A stretch of DNA of 63,988 nucleotides, counting the filler, from Ionaspis alba (taxonomy: Eukaryota), in the NCBI GenBank assembly GCA_964255285.1. It is 5 parts of 5 records of this genome, joined end to end, with 100 filler letters (N's around TTAATTAATTAA, not from the genome) between each part and the next. Parts side by side here need not be neighbours in the genome. Positions count along the whole stretch, not along the records: positions 1 to 12,934 come from CAXUUL010000483.1; positions 13,035 to 25,963 come from CAXUUL010000484.1; 3 more parts are not named here. One strand, written 5' to 3'. Position 1 is the stretch's first letter. Each line of letters begins with the position of its first letter. The translations under genes were made by a program, and so were the position numbers. This document shows, piece after piece, positions 1 to 14,284 of this stretch. A model generated the notes under the pieces. That model was not told the DNA's origin. It was given only the letters and a program-made list of their open reading frames with translations, and did no database searches.

Positions 1-874
1 GTACGGTTACATCTCTCATGTCCCTCACCGAAGTCTTTGTTCCTAGTTGATCCTATCGATATGTTCGGGTATGTTTCCAGGCAAGTGATCGATCAGCCTC
101 ACACAAGTTGCCAGGTACCTGCATATCTGATACCTCGAATCCTGCGGGGCTGCGTGTTTATCTGGGGTACAGGAGATGAATGGTCCTGACCATTTCATCA
201 TATGCCAGGGTTGGTTACAGTCGCAATGTCTCCTGACTGGCTACGTTTCTATTTATTTACACGAAGTCTCCTGTTACACTAGCGAGTGCGACATTGCACA
301 CTCCTTCTCCATGTTTCGAGTCTGCAAGGAGCCTCATGGGCTTCTTTCCAACAGAGCGGGCTTCGTTCTTGACCACTTTCATCACTAATCCCTGTTGTGT
401 CTGCGAATGACATTAGATTCTTACTCTATCAGGAAAACAGAAACGAAACATGCTTCTAGTCGATGTTCTGGAAACCATCTTCCTGATATTCCTTGTTGCT
501 CTGCTCAACCATGTCATGGTATCACTGGAATGTCGAGAAAAAGCTCTGTTCCTTCATTCAACGTTGGATGACTTCGCCTCATGCAACCACTGATCGTGTG
601 CACCAATATGCAGCCTGATTATCTCCTGGGTAGGTTCCTTTTTTGGTTGTCGTCCGGTTCACTAGACTTCCTACGAACGGATCGTTGAGGTATGATCTAC
701 ACCTCCACACACAGCTTGCCAAGGCACGTCTTGGCAGTTCAAAGGACCATAAATATGTGCTCTACTCCCCCGGGTTTTTAGCATCTCATCCTCTGCATCC
801 AAAAGTTTTTTAATAGCTAGCAAACAACCAGTGTCGAATTTTCGCCTCAGTTTGAACCTTTTAACCCCAAAATC

Positions 875-1801
875 ATGCAGTACTTCACCACATTTATTGC
901 CTTTTCCATGGCAGCAACTGTCATGGCAGCTGTTGCCTCCCCGATCGAGGAGCGCGCGATTGGGACTGCTTGCAATACTCCGGTATGCTCTGTCTCTCCC
1001 CTTTCCCATCAACCTTCCTAAATATATTCCCGTAGGATGGAGCGGGAACATGCCAGTATACCTCAAGCTGCACCAGTCAAGGTTTCAACCTCGCAGGCTA
1101 TTGCCCAGGTGCAAGCAACATCCAATGCTGTGTGAAGAAGACCTGCTCCGTTTCTGCAGGCTCGGGCATTTGTATGAACACGGGAGACTCCTGCGGTGGA
1201 GGCGGTTTCCATGCAGGCGCTTGTCCGGGCGATAGCTCCATTCAGGTGCGCAATACACTACCTCTAACCTCCCAACTATGTCTTAATTATCGAACAGTGC
1301 TGCGTCAAGAGCGGCTCAACCGGAGGTGGAAGCGGAAGCGGAAGCGGAGGCTCTGCTATCGTCTCCGCCGCCAAGAAAGAGGAAGGCCTCCCTTATGTAT
1401 GGGGAGGAGGAGGCTGTCACGGGCCATCGAGTGGTGGTTTCGATTGTTCGGGCCTCACTCAATACGCAGTCTGCCAAGCCAAGGGAAAGACGATTCCCCG
1501 AACAGCACAGACACAGTATCACAGCAGCATGGGCAAGCACCTCCCGCGCTCTCAGGCTCAGGCTGGTGACATGGTAAGTCCGAGTCTTTCGTGGTATTGA
1601 CGTTGGCAATGACTGACACACAAACAGATCTTCTGGGCCACAAATGGAGATTGTGCCAATCGCGTTGCCCATGTCGGCATCTTCATCAGGGCTGGTTGGA
1701 TGGTCAACGCTGCGCACACAGGCACTCCGGTAAGGGAGCAATCCATCTGGACATCATCTGGCGGGGAGTCGATCTGTCCGGACGCCGTTAGATTCTGGTG
1801 A
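875..1801 (+). CDS. Secreted NlpC/P60 (peptidase C40) cell-wall endopeptidase with two N-terminal Cys-rich (beta-defensin-like) repeats, 255 aa
   Basis: Manually spliced exons 875-982, 1036-1245, 1298-1573 and 1628-1801, all phase-0 GT..AG introns. Features in order: signal peptide MQYFTTFIAFSMAATVMAAVASP; two C..C..C..CPG.S.IQCC repeats; GGGSGSGSGG linker; then AIVSAAKKEEGLPYVWGGGG..GGFDCSGLTQYA..IPRTAQTQY..AGDMIFW..AHVGIFI..MVNAAH. These are the canonical NlpC/P60 motifs with a Cys-His-His triad. Confidence 0.92.
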
Positions 1802-1980
1802 AGATCTGTACTATTATTGGACTCGNNNNNNNNNNNNNNNNNNNNNNNNNNNNNNNNNNNNNNNNNNNNNNNNNNNNNNNNNNNNNNNNNNNNNNNNNNN
1901 NNNNNNNNNNNNNNNNNNNNNNNNNGATCTGTCCGGACGCCGTTAGATTCTGGTGAAGATCTGTACTATTATTGGACTCG
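1771..1980. other. Assembly gap (100 N) with an exact 55-bp duplicated flank
   Basis: 1771-1825 is identical to 1926-1980 on either side of the N run, consistent with an unresolved k-mer overlap. Confidence 0.9.
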
Positions 1981-2577
1981 GCAGTTTTGTGGCATTTCAG
2001 CTCTTGGGTCATCAAACTCCCACTGGCCACTCATTCTTTCCTCATTCTATCATTATCATTTACCCTTTCAATTCTTCTGCTTTGTCCTTCGTCTTATGTA
2101 CGCAGAGATTGAACAACGAGCGATACCAATAAAGTTGAGCAGATTTTCTTTTATACTGAAGTTGCTCTCGTTTCTGACAGAACGTTACCATTGATTACTA
2201 GTTATGATCAATCAATTCACCGCTGTGAGCAAGATGAGAATGAACGAATGATTGCTTGTCCAGTTGCCTAATCTATATCGAACAACTTTGGATTGTAACG
2301 TCATGGTTCATGGGCCCATAATAATAAATCAATCCTCAAGTTTTCTACTGTGTGTTCATAGATTTGGTACAACAGTAAGTATGCAAACATGATTAGTGCC
2401 GTGGTATCAGTGTAGACCGATGTCATCCTCCATTGAATGATAGTGATGCCGTTCACCGACAAGCCGGCAGGGCGAGAAATCATTTCGTGGTCACTCGGAA
2501 TCGTTCCCTTGCTTCGCCAAAAAACTATGATATAACCCCACGCCAGCGATAACTCCATGTCATTGTATGTCATCGTC

Positions 2578-3582
2578 CTATACCTGATCATGGATTTCTT
2601 CCGTAGCAGTCTGTTTGTAGCCAGAGCCATCTGTGTACGGCGGCCTGGAGTGCATGAGCTAAGGCTGACCTAACTCCGAGAAAGAGAACGATACCGTACC
2701 TACCGGGCGAGATTCTTTGCCGCAACGATCCCGGCACTCCCCACGGCAAAAGCTCCCAGTAGTGTCCTCCAGCTGCCGCTCTGTCCGGCAGCTAAAGCTA
2801 CGAGATCATAAACCAAACACCCACCAAAGATCCAATCGCTGGCCGCACTTGCCAAGCCGAACCCGACACCGGTAAGGACACGGACGGCCATGGTGGCCGG
2901 GTAGTCTTTGAAGAATGCCACAGACCCGTTGTGGAGAAGATCCAAGACCCCGATACCAGCAAAGGTCTTCGAAACAATATGGGTCAAGACGGAGGAAGTC
3001 GATGAGGTGTTCATAGGTTGGATCTTGGCGGCGATATAGTAGAGCTGGGTTAACGTATTGATGGTGACGAACACATTGGCTGTTTTGAGCTGGGATGAGT
3101 TCCAGAAGATCATCCAGGCTAGAGATTTTTGTTAATAAATATGAAGGACAAAAAAGGTGGAGAGACTGACTAGCTATGCACAGATTTCCGACAGCGTAAT
3201 AGGGGACGAAGTCCACTATCTTGTCGAGCTCAGCACGCTCGCCTGGGTTCTTGGGGCTGAGTTTCCACAAGCGGTAGAGCCATGCGAGCTGGAAGAGCTG
3301 CTGAGGAAAGAAAAAGCCGGCAATGAAGAAGGGCTGTAGACGCATTAGCCTAGGTATAGACTAAATCGTGACCAAAACAAACCTGAGGACTGAAGAATGA
3401 CAGATTCGCATCGTGCACATCTTTCATATTCGGACTGCTGAACATGCCATACTGCTGAGCAGCGAAGTCAATCAGGAAGGATGTTGGTGCCTATAGTGGT
3501 GGTGTCAAAACATCCCAGTCTACCTATCACACGGATTGGGAAGACTTACCAGCCATTTGGCCGTGGATACTGAGACGCCCAT
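2578..3582 (-). CDS. Conserved-looking fungal multi-pass membrane protein of unknown function
   Basis: Spliced model: MGVSVSTAKWL|APTSFLIDFAAQQYGMFSSPNMKDVHDANLSFFSPQ|PFFIAGFFFPQQLFQLAWLY..|WMIFWN..VAAKNLAR|PPYTDGSGYKQTATEEIHDQV*. Introns are canonical and there are several hydrophobic helices. The last exon is inferred from a GTAGGT..CCAG intron. Confidence 0.75.
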
Positions 3583-4113
3583 TGCGAAGTCCTAGAGCTT
3601 TGCAAGATACTGACGTTTCATGAAGAAGATGCAAGAGTAGTTGCGTATGGAGAAAACATGTTAAATGACTACATCACGATGCGCAAGATACTACCGTTGT
3701 TGCATGTTCGAATTGATGTCGTCACTAACTCGGCAGCCGCAACCCTAAAGCGCCGAGCCAGGGCAGTTCACTAATCCTTGCCAGGTGTCACGACTTGGAG
3801 GCTCCGGAGCTCGATCCACATATTCCGGGATGCGCAAATCAACGAATGGCTCGAGGACTTCATGGCGTGGGATTCCCACATGTTGCATGACACGACAAAT
3901 TCCAAAAGTATTTCCACGGATGACCATGCTATCTCGTAGTCAATTGCTAACCCTATCTAACTTGCTCGGCGCAGAGTTGGCGTCAAAAGCTAGTAGTTTT
4001 GAATTCTTTCTTGAACTTGCTCCACTGACATCAATACCTTGATACCTCGAGCACATGGCGTGCATTAGAATTTGTGGTTTGTTGTTGAACTGAATACCCA
4101 CCACTACCCTATC

Positions 4114-4758
4114 TCACTGCTTACGACTATCGCAATATCTTTCAATTGTCCAAGCCATTTCTTCGGCGATACAAAGGTCCTCGAGCCCGATACGACAGAT
4201 GTAGACATCGGCATTCACCGCTCGATTGTCTCCTCCCTGCAGTTCTAGATTGACCGTCACTTGTGTCCGGTCGTACCGCCATTCATACTCGTCTAGCTTT
4301 CTCTGTTGCTGTGGACTGAGACCGAAAAGTAACATGCCACAGACTAAGTCTCTCTCATTATCAGAAGACAAAAGCGCCGGATATGGCTTAGACTTGATCC
4401 CGAGTCTCTGATGTTGGGAAAGAGTGGCCAGAGTCATATTCGTGGCGTAAGCTATGGCGTCCACTTCTTCCATAGTCTCGACTATTATTGCAGGCAGCAT
4501 GAGAGGACCATAGAAGAAGGCAGGGCGCACTGAGGACTGGACGAACCAAGCGACCTCTTCACCCGTGAAACGGTTTGCAAGAGCGAGTAGATATAGACTT
4601 ATCTGAGCTATATTGGACTGCATGATGGCACAAAGGGGGGAAGTGATTTGAAAGACTACTTTTTTGCTCCATCGAGAGGACAGACGGGCAAACGGGTGAA
4701 TGGGCATGTGGGCAAGTGTGTTCTTTATAAGAGCAGTGAAATCTGATCTATGGCTCAT
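4114..4758 (-). CDS. Gamma-glutamylcyclotransferase / AIG2-like protein
   Basis: Single ORF with FFYGPLMLP (cf. FFYG[ST]LM), YPALL, LDEYE..YDRTQVTV and ADVYI motifs of the GGCT/AIG2 fold. The true start may be 4707 or 4623. Confidence 0.7.
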   Translation of the reverse strand: MSHRSDFTALIKNTLAHMPIHPFARLSSRWSKKVVFQITSPLCAIMQSNIAQISLYLLALANRFTGEEVAWFVQSSVRPAFFYGPLMLPAIIVETMEEVDAIAYATNMTLATLSQHQRLGIKSKPYPALLSSDNERDLVCGMLLFGLSPQQQRKLDEYEWRYDRTQVTVNLELQGGDNRAVNADVYICRIGLEDLCIAEEMAWTIERYCDSRKQ

Positions 4759-5435
4759 ACACTGTGAATCTGGTCATACCACTGAGAACTTCACCTTAAA
4801 CGAGGTGTTAGGCGAGGGGTATCGCAGAGCAAGGAAAGCACAGCTTGTAATGCAGTTGTAACAAAGAGCAATGGCCGTTCTCCTTTGTCATTTGGCAGAG
4901 TAGAACATTGCTCCAACACATCGATGAAAGATGCTTTAGCCCCTACTAAAAAGGCGTAACCAAATGTACCTGATGGAGGCAAGCTGATCGAAGTGGCAGA
5001 CGGCTGATCTTATGAACGACTACTCTAGAGTCAGACCTGTAGCGGTACAGAGAGATGGAAACGCCAGGCTGTCCTGTCTCGGCCAGAACATTGGACTTTG
5101 TGACATTTCAAATCAGGACCGGCCAGCTTCCATGCACTTCTCTCGCCGCAGGGCTGAACAGGGTTCCGCGCTAAGGAAGTCTCGCTTAGTCGTCATCCAT
5201 CTTCGACAGCATGTAGCCTGAAGAGCTCTCAATCTCTACAATTCTGTCATTCTTCTACCTCTCAACTTCTCATCCCCCACAGAGTCATCAAACTCCTTCT
5301 ACCTTTGTCAGAAGAATACTGGAAAATCTCAGCTAGTCTCCATCACATAGGTCCATACGACTTCATTCTTGTTGATATCCATCACACTCGTTGCATCCAA
5401 CCCTTACCTCTCCGAAAGTCCCCATCAACAACACC

Positions 5436-8194
<2,759 letters not shown>

Positions 8195-8813
8195 AGATTT
8201 GGTTCAACGTTCAATTTTGACCTGTCATGGAACGTACTTAGATTGTTGTGTCTCGTACATTCGATGTGGCCTCGACTCGAGGTAAAGTTGCATAATGGGA
8301 AGTATGATGCTTGTGAAGAGGCGAAGTGCAAGTGTTTTTTGCATGGCTATCTCGGCTGCCACTTCTATGTACTTTACATAGCGCTTAAAGAATAGACTCC
8401 TTTCCCATGCTTTGTGGTTCAGTACTTTCTTTGGTGCCTTGGACTAAACTCTCAAACGCCAGCGCGGTAGAGCTTTCTATGCAGCCACCTCCATGCAAAC
8501 CGTCGACTCCAAAAAATGGACTCTGAACCATGTGACACCCGAAATAAGACTCCTCCGAGCGCCTGAGCTTTGTTATTAGATATCTCGTCGTTTCGTGACC
8601 TGCTCAGATGTACTAGTGTTAGGAATCTGTGACAGGTTGTCCGTCCGTCAACCTTTCAAGTCCTTACGAGCGTGAGCAAAGGTTTTCCAAATCCACCCAC
8701 AGACACACAGCCTCATAGCCCAACTTCGCCATAGGTGTAGCCTTCGATCTGCCCTGCCACAGGAATTCTTCATGTTGTCAGATAGTCGAGAGACGTCCGA
8801 ACTTTTCCCAATC

Positions 8814-9290
8814 TCACATTCTCCGCTGTCGCTCCTCTTCATCCTCCCCAATATCTACCACTTGCTCCAGCACACCCCTCACAATCTTTACTCCCTCTTC
8901 AACTACTTTAGCCGGGACCGACAAATCCATGAGCCCACCTCTGCTTTCTCTTCCCCGAGCTTTCCCGTTGACTTCCTTCTTCCCGTTAATCCCATTTATC
9001 TCAGCTTTCTCCTTTGTCATGAACGCTCCACCAGCGTTGCCGCCTTTCGTCTCCTCCATGACAACCTGCATGACTTCACCAAAGGTGACGCATTCCCCGT
9101 TCCTGAGCAGTTCTAGCACCCGAGCGCGAATCTGTTCCAGCCAGCCACTGGCTTGACATTCATGAAGGAGAGAGGCGTGAAGAGCAGGAATAGCGTTGTG
9201 CGAAAGGAGAGCGGAGTTGATTTGGGTACGGAGAGCTGGGTTTAATCTTGGTTGAGGGGGAATTGTAATACGAGACGTCGCGGTTGCCAT
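8814..9290 (-). CDS. SUS1: Sus1/EnY2 transcription and mRNA-export factor (SAGA/TREX-2 subunit)
   Basis: 158-aa ORF with LRTQINSALL..LLHECQASGWLEQIRARVLELLR and LSVPAKVVEEGVKIVRGVLE, matching the EnY2 helical pattern. Confidence 0.75.
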   Translation of the reverse strand: MATATSRITIPPQPRLNPALRTQINSALLSHNAIPALHASLLHECQASGWLEQIRARVLELLRNGECVTFGEVMQVVMEETKGGNAGGAFMTKEKAEINGINGKKEVNGKARGRESRGGLMDLSVPAKVVEEGVKIVRGVLEQVVDIGEDEEERQRRM

Positions 9291-9925
9291 GGTATGACGA
9301 TGCAGGAGATTGAGGTCGATCTGATGCCAGTGGTGGTAGTGTTGCTCGCTTTAAGTGATTTGTGCGAATGTATTCCAGAATGTATGTCGACGACGAGGAC
9401 AAGGACGACCGATGTGTCAGAGTATTAGGGTCGTGTTTGGGCAATAGAACGACAGTGGGGTTATTGAATTGAGGCTGGCATGTGAATGGTGTTTTTAGAA
9501 CAGAGGCAGCTCTATTTGATAAATTCTCAAAGATTAAACTACTGAGGTTCAATAGGAGCAGTTTAGCCATCAAACAATATGTAATGTTCGCTATTGATGC
9601 TACCTGATCAACGAAAGGCCTTGCGGAACTGAACGATGTATTTTTTGACTCGGCGTCTATAGGAGCTGGACGCTTAAACAACTCTATACAAGCTTCGTGG
9701 ACGTCTGTTGGCAGGATCATCCGACTGGTACCATGTAAACTGCTCAGTCGCAAGGAATAGTCATATGGTATTCTGATGTCAATCTCCTCGATTTAAAAAG
9801 ATAGTATACCATATCAATGACATGGTTCCTGTTAGCCAGGTCCCTTGAACTAATACAAGAGCGTGAGGAATGATTGCAAGCTTCGTCATCCAGGGTCTTG
9901 GATCTTTCACTCATCATTCTCTCTC

Positions 9926-10868
9926 TTAAGCCGTTTCCCTCCACGCCTCCCTGATGCCAAAAAGTCCGGCAACCAAACCCAGCGCCGCAATGCTTGCCTC
10001 CCCTACATAACCTCCCTCAACACTGTAGTGAACCGTCAACGGCATCCACGCCGCATTTACATAGGCATCACGCCACCAAACAACCTCCTCTTTAGCAGCC
10101 ACGACCTTGTTCTCCTTCTCCTCGCCGCCGCTAATCTTGCCCTGCCTTCTCCTCAACATCCTCACTCTTGCCAATCGCCCAAATTCCAGTACCACGTGCG
10201 CCATCCAGAAGCGCGCGCTCCAGATGTACCATCTATTGACTTTGGTTTCCCCAAAGGCAAAGATTCCCTTGGAAGCGAGATACGCGCCGTTCTCAAGGTA
10301 CTGGTAGAACACATTCGCCATGATCTGCATCCAAGCAATCCCCTTCAGCCACACATCACCAGGCGGTGTTCGCCATGTCGCAGCAGCCCAGGCCCATATC
10401 TTCAGTAGGCCACCAAGTCGAAGGAAGACCCGGAAGTCATCGATAAGATCGGCGAGCGCTTTAGAGGACTGGGCCGCACGAACGATGCGGGATGAGGGCG
10501 ACGGTGAGATGGTGGCTACGAGAGTTTCGCCGGGTAGAAGCGTAGTTGGAGCTGTTCTTGAGAGGGTACTCGCAAGGAGGGTAGCAGCAGCCGAGAGGCG
10601 TGCCGATGTTATGCGATTCAAGGTGGAGTGGAGGAGATGGAACGTGTAGGTCAGGGTTAGAAGGGTGGTGTCGAGGTTGGCTGATGTGGAGAGAAGCCTG
10701 CATATTGGAATTGGCTGTCAGTCGGTTCCTTGAATCGATGAGAAGACGAGCATGGTATTGAGACCTGTTGATGTGAGATATGTAGGAGTCGGCATGTGAT
10801 ACGTATTGGGGCAGCGTCCGGGCGACTCTCTGAGAGTACGATGGCCGCTGCTCATGAGAGGGTGCCAT
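9926..10868 (-). CDS. Peroxin 11 (PEX11) family protein
   Basis: Exon 1 10868-10765, intron, exon 2 10697-9926. Motifs LADLIDDFRVFLRLGGLL, NVFYQYLENGAYLASKG, WSARFWMAHV, NAAWMPLTVHYS and a C-terminal hydrophobic segment are typical of fungal Pex11C-type proteins. Confidence 0.85.
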
Positions 10869-12934
10869 GATCAATGGTCTACAAGTATATAGAAGATCAA
10901 TGCCAACGAAGAAGCAATAGGTGAGTGGTACTCTTCTATAAACTCAATATTGCTTATATGTGATCCGACTGGCTGTTGACCTGTGGGGTTGGACGCTCAA
11001 GCCGAGGTCTACCGGCGCTTCCTCACCATGTGTCCGAATTGCCCTGCTGTGTTTGTTCTATCATGAATTCGACTTGCGTCTACAGACTATGACAAATTGT
11101 GACTAAATTTTCGACCTTTACAGTAAAAGTGCTGTTGGCACGAATGTTCACTCTTCCTAAATAGCCGAACGGCATCCATGAACAAGGACAAGCCCCGTGT
11201 GGAGAGAGGACGAGTTCATCTCCACTATATCTATAGGGGAAGTGAAATGAAAGCGGAAGGCAACCACCAAGACGATGATATAAGTCTTGAATATAGCCAT
11301 GGCACACTTCACCCAAGACGGGCCAGGTGTGAGCGCTGACCGGCTATTGGAAACGACATACAAGAGTTTTGACAGCACGACATAATAACCCCACTAAGGC
11401 GAGAGCCAAACGCAAGCACATTCCATGCGAGTCGCTAATGCCTGATAAGGTGGCAATGACATAGGAGAGAGCGGAAGCCAAACGCGATTCGACAAGGATT
11501 GGGAATTCTAGCACTTAGCTCGCAGATGGTGAGTCTGATGCTTACAACCGAGTCTCCAGATACTTGTTGAGGTCCTACCTTAGTATTTCGTCCACAGAAT
11601 TCTAATCACAGTCTGGCGTAGTGACAGCAAAAGCTCCGACGAGTTTTTAAGAACAAATACAAATCCATAGCCCCAGTGGCCAGTCGAGTTCTGCAGTCCG
11701 ACACAGAAGATCCTTGATAGCATAAGTAGTCCCATTGATATGCGGTATAGCGGCACGAACAATGTTTGTGATAAACGCACCAGCCAGGCTCAGGAAACCA
11801 TCTATGGCTTCCAGTATGGGAAAGGGTCGACTCACAAGTACCCAAGTACATATGAGAAATGTCACGAAGATATGCCACCACTCCTACGAGGTCCAGATTG
11901 AACTCAAAATACATTGAGAGTCTCTGAGCTGGGGATTGATACCCAATAAATTACTACTCATTGACGCACCACAGATGCTCGGAAAGTTGGAGTTTTTCTC
12001 AAGCTCTTAAGGACGGCCCAAGGCAGCGATTCGAATATTTGCCGGAGAAGCTTCATCTTTATGCGGCAAGATGTCCGGTAATCCGGAGCTCATTTAGCAT
12101 CTGTTGTCTAGTTCATCCTGTAGGCACTCCAATCAGAAGAGGAAGAAGTGAAAGCGAATGGATTTGTGAAAGGGAAGTATTAAGTTTGAGCATTTTGCTA
12201 TTCAAGATTGCCGGAAGATTTGGTACAAGGAATAGAATTCGATTTAGCTAGCGCTCCAGTGACTCTCACAAAAAGAAGGATGTTTGAGGCTAAGGATGTG
12301 TGCAACGTACAAGAATTAGCACACTTGGACCGGAAATTGAGAAGCATCAAGGGTTATGCAAGCTTTTGTATCTTTTGCTTGTTTCGAGGTGACAGGTGCA
12401 GCGGCTCAGGGCGAGAAAATCCTTGGACATGCCTGTTAGGGTGCCATAGTCAAGATTCAGTGGGATTCGTGAAATTTGGTTCTCGTTAGGGGATTTATGT
12501 CCAATGCAAAGAGAAAGCGGCCAGCAAGGACTAGAATTGTCTAGCTCTAGAAAGGTCCCAACTGGTTTGTGGTAAGCTCAGTGTAACGTACAGTAAGTCA
12601 GAATAGCTGAACAATACAAGCCCCGCTGCAAACCTGGCCAACCTGGCAAATGCTGGAATCGAAGGCCAATACCATGTATGTACTCCTTGTCCCTACCCAC
12701 TCCAAGATGGATCCATGCTTGAGTCGGATCAAGAGAAAGTCGAGAACATTACCAGCCACATAATATCTCGTAGCTTCGTATCTAGTGTTGGCCACTTCTG
12801 TGTGCGCAAGTCGTAACGAGGTCATGCCACTGATTGATAGATGAGAAGCGGCTCACCAATGTGCTCGATTTCTGGTATTGTGCACTTCAGGTCGAACGCT
12901 TTGGAAAGGACGATCTTGAAGATCTGTATCGCAC

Positions 12935-13034
12935 NNNNNNNNNNNNNNNNNNNNNNNNNNNNNNNNNNNNNNNNNNNNTTAATTAATTAANNNNNNNNNN
13001 NNNNNNNNNNNNNNNNNNNNNNNNNNNNNNNNNN
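12935..13034. other. Artificial scaffold linker (44N-TTAATTAATTAA-44N)
   Basis: An identical 100-nt cassette occurs four times in the window; the 12-mer gives stop codons in all six frames. Confidence 0.95.
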
Positions 13035-13647
13035 GCCTCGGAGAATCCTTGGCTCATGATCCGTCTCTTCGGGCCATGAACATGCTTGTCAACAGCTGTC
13101 ACGATGTTGTGTGCTCCAGTGACAGAAGTCATCTTCGCATAGCTCTGTGCCTTGAGGACGTTCTTTCCAGTTGAGTAGATGTCTAATTGAGGTTTAGTAG
13201 CTACTGATAGATCACGAAAGACTTGACTAGCGACTGACCTAGCATGGCCGCTCTGCTATTGAACGTGAGTCTATCTGGGCCATAACGAACCACTGGGCCT
13301 GGTTGGAATATTCAGTCAGTTAACATATCAATGTCTGGAAAATGACGACTTACCATATATCTCATGGCATCTCCACATGTCGAGATGGGTATCACCATTA
13401 TAGGCATGGTAGTACGCATACCAGCTGGTCAGCTTTGCTAGAAAAGGACCAGGGTATTTGGCATATGGGTGAAAGGTGAGACGGTAGATGGCAACAATGA
13501 AGAACTGTGATGGATTGTCAGTCCTCTTCGATAGGTACAATTTTAGGATGAGGGAAATATCACGTAGAGGCACAGAGCAACCACAAAACTTCCCAGGATG
13601 ATCAGAGGGGAGACGCCAGCGGCAGGAATCAAACTTCCAAGAGCCAT
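13035..13647 (-). CDS. Cytochrome P450, 5' part only (truncated by gap)
   Basis: N-terminal TM anchor MALGSLIPAAGVSPLIILGSFVVALCLY, then IYRLTFHPYAKYPGPFLAKLT, YG|PVVRYGPDRLTFN, DIY and HGPKRRIMSQGFSEA across three introns. The heme-binding region is not in the sequence. Confidence 0.9.
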
Positions 13648-14284
13648 TACTGTATGAGTCGAGTGACTTCGTAAGTTCCGAAGCTTTGCGAAATCGAGGT
13701 GGTATTTTAGACACAGATAGCACGCAAAGTCTTTACCTTTCTATATTAACTCGGATTATGGTCCGAAGATGCTCGAATGGTTGTCAGATCTAACTAATGG
13801 TATCATGTGTTCCGGGTTTAGTGAAGCGATTACTTAGGCTCTTGATGATTCTGAGGTTAGGGTTCAAGGCTTGGCGCTCGTAGCTTCGACGAAGAAGGTG
13901 CGATTGGAACACATCAATACAGCTGAGAAGCTTACCGACCTCAAGGCCGAGTCGCTCAATATTGTGTAAATGAAGTATTGGTGGTAATCATGTCCATGCT
14001 GGAATGATGACAGCTCGCAATATGTGACAAATAGTTACCAAATGCACAGCTAACAAACGTTCACTTGAAAGCTTATGCCAGTTGTAAGGTCAGTATCTGT
14101 AATCTTAGTCCGGTACTAGACTCAATAACGTTATCATCAGCAGTTGGCTGCGGTAATTCTGTCATAATTCTTTAGCAGCCACAGTTATCCAAGAAAACCC
14201 CATAACTAAGGGCCGCAATCCTATACCTATCCAGCTCTGCATACCATAAACGTTTGTTACAAGATCTTCTTCCTAATATGTTGC

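Noticed and set aside
671..1741. ORF-track proteins overlapping the NlpC/P60 locus (671-1066, 831-1235, 1316-1741, 1326-1577)
   Set aside because: Alternative-frame or antisense shadows of the spliced gene.
1771..1980. Apparent tandem duplication of the 3' end of the NlpC/P60 gene
   Set aside because: Exact 55-bp copy across a 100-N gap, the same length as at 58275-58484; an assembler k-mer overlap artefact.
11080..12934. Short hydrophobic minus-strand ORFs with some splice-like signals between the PEX11-family gene and the first linker
   Set aside because: I could not assemble a phase-consistent gene model or recognise any motif. It may be a decayed or orphan gene, but it is unsupported.
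12979..12990. TTAATTAATTAA palindrome recurring four times (also 26008, 39025, 52036)
   Set aside because: It is always centred between two 44-N runs, so it is an artificial six-frame-stop scaffolding linker rather than a biological repeat. Gene adjacency across these points is unproven.
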